DNA of 64,000 nt. It comes from Macrostomum hystrix (taxonomy: Eukaryota; Animalia; Platyhelminthes). The position numbers and the translations under genes were made by a program. A model generated the notes under the pieces. That model searched no databases. It saw only the letters and a program-made list of their open reading frames with translations, and had not been told where the DNA came from. Position 1 is the first letter of the stretch. Every line of letters starts with the position of its first letter. Location of the stretch: assembly GCA_950097015.1 (NCBI GenBank), contig CATNEN010000001.1, positions 13,082,001 through 13,146,000 on the forward strand, given 5' to 3'. This document shows positions 63,101-64,000 of the stretch, one piece after another.

Positions 63101-63550
63101 CAAGCTTTGCTGGAGTTGTCTTCAAGGAAAAGCTTTGCTGGAGTTGTCTTCAAGGACAAGCTTTGCTGGAGTCGTCTTTAAGGACAGGCTTTGCTGGAGT
63201 TGTCTTCAAGGAAAAGCTTTGCTGGAGTTGTCTTCAAGGACAAGCTTTGCTGGAGTCCACTTCAAGGACAAGCTTTGCTGGAGTTGTCTTCAAGGAAAAG
63301 CTTTGCTGGAGTTGTCTTCAAGGAAAAGCTTTGCTGGAGTTGTCTTCAAGGACATACTTTGCTGGAGTCCACTTCAAGGACAAGCTTTGCTGGAGTTGTC
63401 TTCAAGGAAAAGCTTTGCTGGAGTTGTCTTCAAGGACAAGCTTTGCTGGAGTCGTCTTTAAGGACAAGCTTTGCTGGAGTCCACTTCAAGGACAGGCTTA
63501 GCTGGAGTCGTCTTCACGGACAGGCTTAGCGGGTCCTAGTTGTCTTCAAG
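60175..63550. repeat. 28-bp tandem satellite (ttcaaggacaagctttgctggagttgtc), ~120 units
   Basis: Head-to-tail units with recurring variants (caag/cagg, ttgtc/tccac, 27-bp cccaagg units); no spacers. Confidence 0.97.
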
Positions 63551-64000
63551 CGTCGATTAAGTCTACATAACGAGCCTCTTATGCATCAGAGTTTACACTG
63601 CATCCAACTGATCAAACAACTAATACGTGCTCACAGCAGATGAGCACAGTCATGTTAGAAATACGCAAAAGTGTTACAGGCCCCAGGCCGAGCATTTCAG
63701 TTATGTTGTCAAACTGCGCAAAAACAACTTTTAAGGACTCGACTAGCGAAACAAACGGACGCAAATGGACCAAGAGCCAACCCGCCGAGCTGTGTGAAAC
63801 TCTCGGCATTCGGCCAGCCAATGAGTGACGTCCGGAGCGGAAAAGGCCGTATTTTACCGCATACGACTTGATGTCTACATTAGATCAGCTACGGCTATTC
63901 CTTAATTCTCTCTTGAAATCTCTGCTATCTTGTACAGCACTCAAGAACGCTTTAGAGCATCAACTGGGACACCACAGCAATGCCCACATTGATCAAACAC

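Noticed and set aside
60147-63501. ORFs over 1000 aa of repeating 'LLELSSRTSFAGVVFKDKLCWSCLQGQA'
   Set aside because: By-product of a stop-free 28-bp satellite: the same peptide appears in all three frames, with frequent frameshifting units.
60175-63550. CRISPR array (28-bp quasi-palindromic repeat)
   Set aside because: Units are head-to-tail with no unique spacers, there are no cas genes, and the context is eukaryotic.

Overview
This is eukaryotic (metazoan, probably invertebrate) genomic DNA with spliceosomal GT-AG introns and many transposable elements; a flatworm origin is only a guess from sequence style. No prokaryotic features or CRISPR array were seen. Host genes: (i) two tandem, apparently intact 6-exon copies of coatomer beta' (COPB2) at 41286-45929 and 46627-56693; (ii) two tandem 4-exon genes for secreted proteins with a PAN/apple-like domain plus an ALK/LTK-type glycine-rich domain (30632-32694 and 33484-35571, minus strand); (iii) a small orphan secreted protein (28917-29345, minus). 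Mobile elements: a frameshifted CACTA/EnSpm transposase with a DUF4806-like companion ORF, a deleted Gypsy element, a complete P element (11592-18723; ~200-bp TIRs, 8-bp TSD, intact 4-exon THAP transposase) carrying a nested hAT MITE, a complete BEL/Pao retrotransposon (21735-27960; matching LTRs, 5-bp TSD), a tRNA-derived SINE, a deleted mariner, a MULE remnant, an intact-looking Crypton tyrosine recombinase gene, a CsRN1-like gag-pro fragment and several MITEs. Tandem repeats: a 19-bp intronic minisatellite in each COPB2 copy and a 28-bp satellite. Most notable observations: patchwork, exon-bounded near-identity in both tandem gene pairs; a canonical histone 3' stem-loop with no histone gene, inside retroelement-like DNA; secreted receptor-less PAN + ALK-type glycine-rich proteins; and a young BEL/Pao element with a C-tract where a polypurine tract is expected.
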